From Marsupella aquatica (Eukaryota; Plantae; Marchantiophyta): a stretch of DNA of 64,000 nt. This document shows positions 62,101 to 64,000 of this stretch, one piece after another; the stretch's first letter is position 1; each line of letters opens with the position of its first letter. Where the stretch lies: contig OZ316891.1 of NCBI GenBank assembly GCA_973895155.1, positions 26,777,972 to 26,841,971 of the forward strand. The letters are read 5' to 3'. The position numbers were made by a program, and so were the translations under genes. The notes under the pieces are model-generated. The model was given only the letters and a program-made list of their open reading frames with translations, ran no database searches and was not told the DNA's origin.

Positions 62101-64000
62101 AACCAGGCCATAGATACTCAATTAGGAAGCCCTATCTCAGACAGAAGGCCCTATCTCAACTTGCCAAAACTCAAACACAAGGTCCATGGCTCCCTATTTG
62201 TTAAATTGCCCCCCGGGTGCACTATTTGAATTCAAGGTCTGGGCCTTCTTTCTGGCCAAAGACTAGGAACAAGCTCCATCTATTTAGGAGATTTAATCCC
62301 ATGAAATTAGGAGCATTTGGGTGGTGAGCACATGGATATAACTAAGATGTATACTAAATTGTGCATCTGTAGATACATCTTGGAAGATTGGTGAAAGTGT
62401 TGTGTAGCATTAATTTGCCCCGTGGCTCATGGTGAATAAAGCTTGTGGGCTTTGCCCTTTTCTAACAATTCAACCAGAAAGACAATTTCAGAGAAGGAAG
62501 AGCTTGGGAATGAACCAAGATTATGCAATGCCATTGATAATATTTCTGCTTACAATATGTGGTCTGTCCACGTTAACAATTAGACTACGATAGGCAAAAA
62601 CACTATAATAATTTCTAGTCTGATTGCCCAATCTTTGAGTAAGAATAGAGGGAAGGGCATTCAAGTCCCTTGCCCGTTGTTGATTCACGTCTAATTGGTT
62701 GCCAGTGACTCCTCACATGCTACGCCATCCTCAGAGATCCACCTTGACCCCAATCCCCTTTTTCCACCCCTACCTCCAATTTAGGTTGTGCTCCAAAGTC
62801 ATGGCCTATATGTTTCACTATAGATTGTAGGCTATAGTAAGTTCAGGTAGCAATTAAAAGGTTAGGTTTGCCAATCTACACTTGTCTGTTGTTTTATTTG
62901 GGTTGGTGCAGTATGCTGCCTTTCTAACGCCACTTGCAGGGAGAGCAAGGATCATCATAAAGTCTCACAATCCTAAGGTAAGCCCTAATATCCATGGACC
63001 GTGTAGGTTGAGCAGTAAAAAATAATTATCTACATGTTTGAACTCCTCTGTTGATCATGGAAGGACAAAATTGCAAGTTGTATTGTCTTTCTTTCTTTCT
63101 AAAGTAGGAGAATGACAAATCCATGGGATAGAGTGCCCATGAAATTAAGATTATCAAGGGTTTGGTTTTGTATCCCAAAATATAGAAATATTTTCCGCTG
63201 GGACTGAGATTGTTACCATGATTAAATGTGCAGGATGACTTGATACTACTGCGAATTAGAACTAGAACAAATGAAATAATTATAACATCAGATAAAGATT
63301 TCTATTTAATTGTTGCTCAGAAAACAAGCTTTCTGGAGTTATTTTGACCTGCTTTTCAAAAAGACTCCTGTATATTGATAGTGGTCATTTTCAAACGGGG
63401 CTTGTGAATATTAGATTGTGTTTTGATCACTTTGTAAGTTTACCACCAAAGACATAGTTTATCAAAACCTCATTTCACTATGAAGATTTTGAGAGCATAA
63501 AGAACTGCACTATTGCAGGAGAGTGAGATTTTGCAGAAGTATATGCTTAATAGACCCCAAAACAACAGTTTCTTGCTATCAACCCCCAAAGTCCATTTGT
63601 TACCCAATCAACCTCCTATGATAGTTTTGTTACCAAATCCACCCCTATGATAGTTTATGGTGAAATGTTCTTGTATGGGGCATTAGACTGTAGACTATCA
63701 ATAATGGCACATGAGAATGTGAGCCTAATTCATGGCATAATAGTGTATTGCAATTGTAGTTTACCTAAAGCTGTCCATGGGTGCAAGCGACTAGACAAAC
63801 CGCCAACCACATGGTTTCGGGCCAACCGAGACCCTAACTACCGAGAATTTCAAAAATGATGTAAAGATAGTATGTGTCATGTCTTCAAAGGGTATATATT
63901 GTAATGGAGGTTATTGGGAGGTTGAGTGTCTTTTGGTCAACTTTTGCATGCTATTTGGGTGGCACTGTAATGTTGTCAGGTACACTTAGGGATATTCTCT

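Overview
This is eukaryotic land-plant nuclear DNA: it has GT-AG introns, plant LTR/PIF/MULE elements and a RALF peptide. The gene style suggests a bryophyte, but that is inference only. Apparently intact genes are a nepenthesin-type aspartic protease (18921-20510, -), a RALF precursor (39087-39551, -), a small TGD5/AS8-like Gly-rich protein (5765-6163, -) and a single-SURP SF3A1-derived ORF (3495-3911, +). Two intron-containing pseudogenes are not obvious in the ORF track: IPK1 (~35.7-37.2 kb) and the DDX19/Dbp5/LOS4 helicase (~57.2-59.1 kb), both from the IP6-Gle1-Dbp5 mRNA-export pathway. Mobile DNA dominates: a young full-length Ty1/copia element (42733-48516), a decayed Ty3/gypsy, two PIF/Harbinger pieces, a Mutator-like MITE pair, a SINE-like element, foldbacks, many tandem repeats and an intact 580-aa retrotransposon-type accessory ORF. 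The most striking observation is that the copia gag and pol are in one frame separated by a single UGA, followed by a 10-bp stem whose loop can pair downstream (H-type pseudoknot), a candidate programmed-readthrough signal. All homology calls come from motif recognition by eye; no searches were run.
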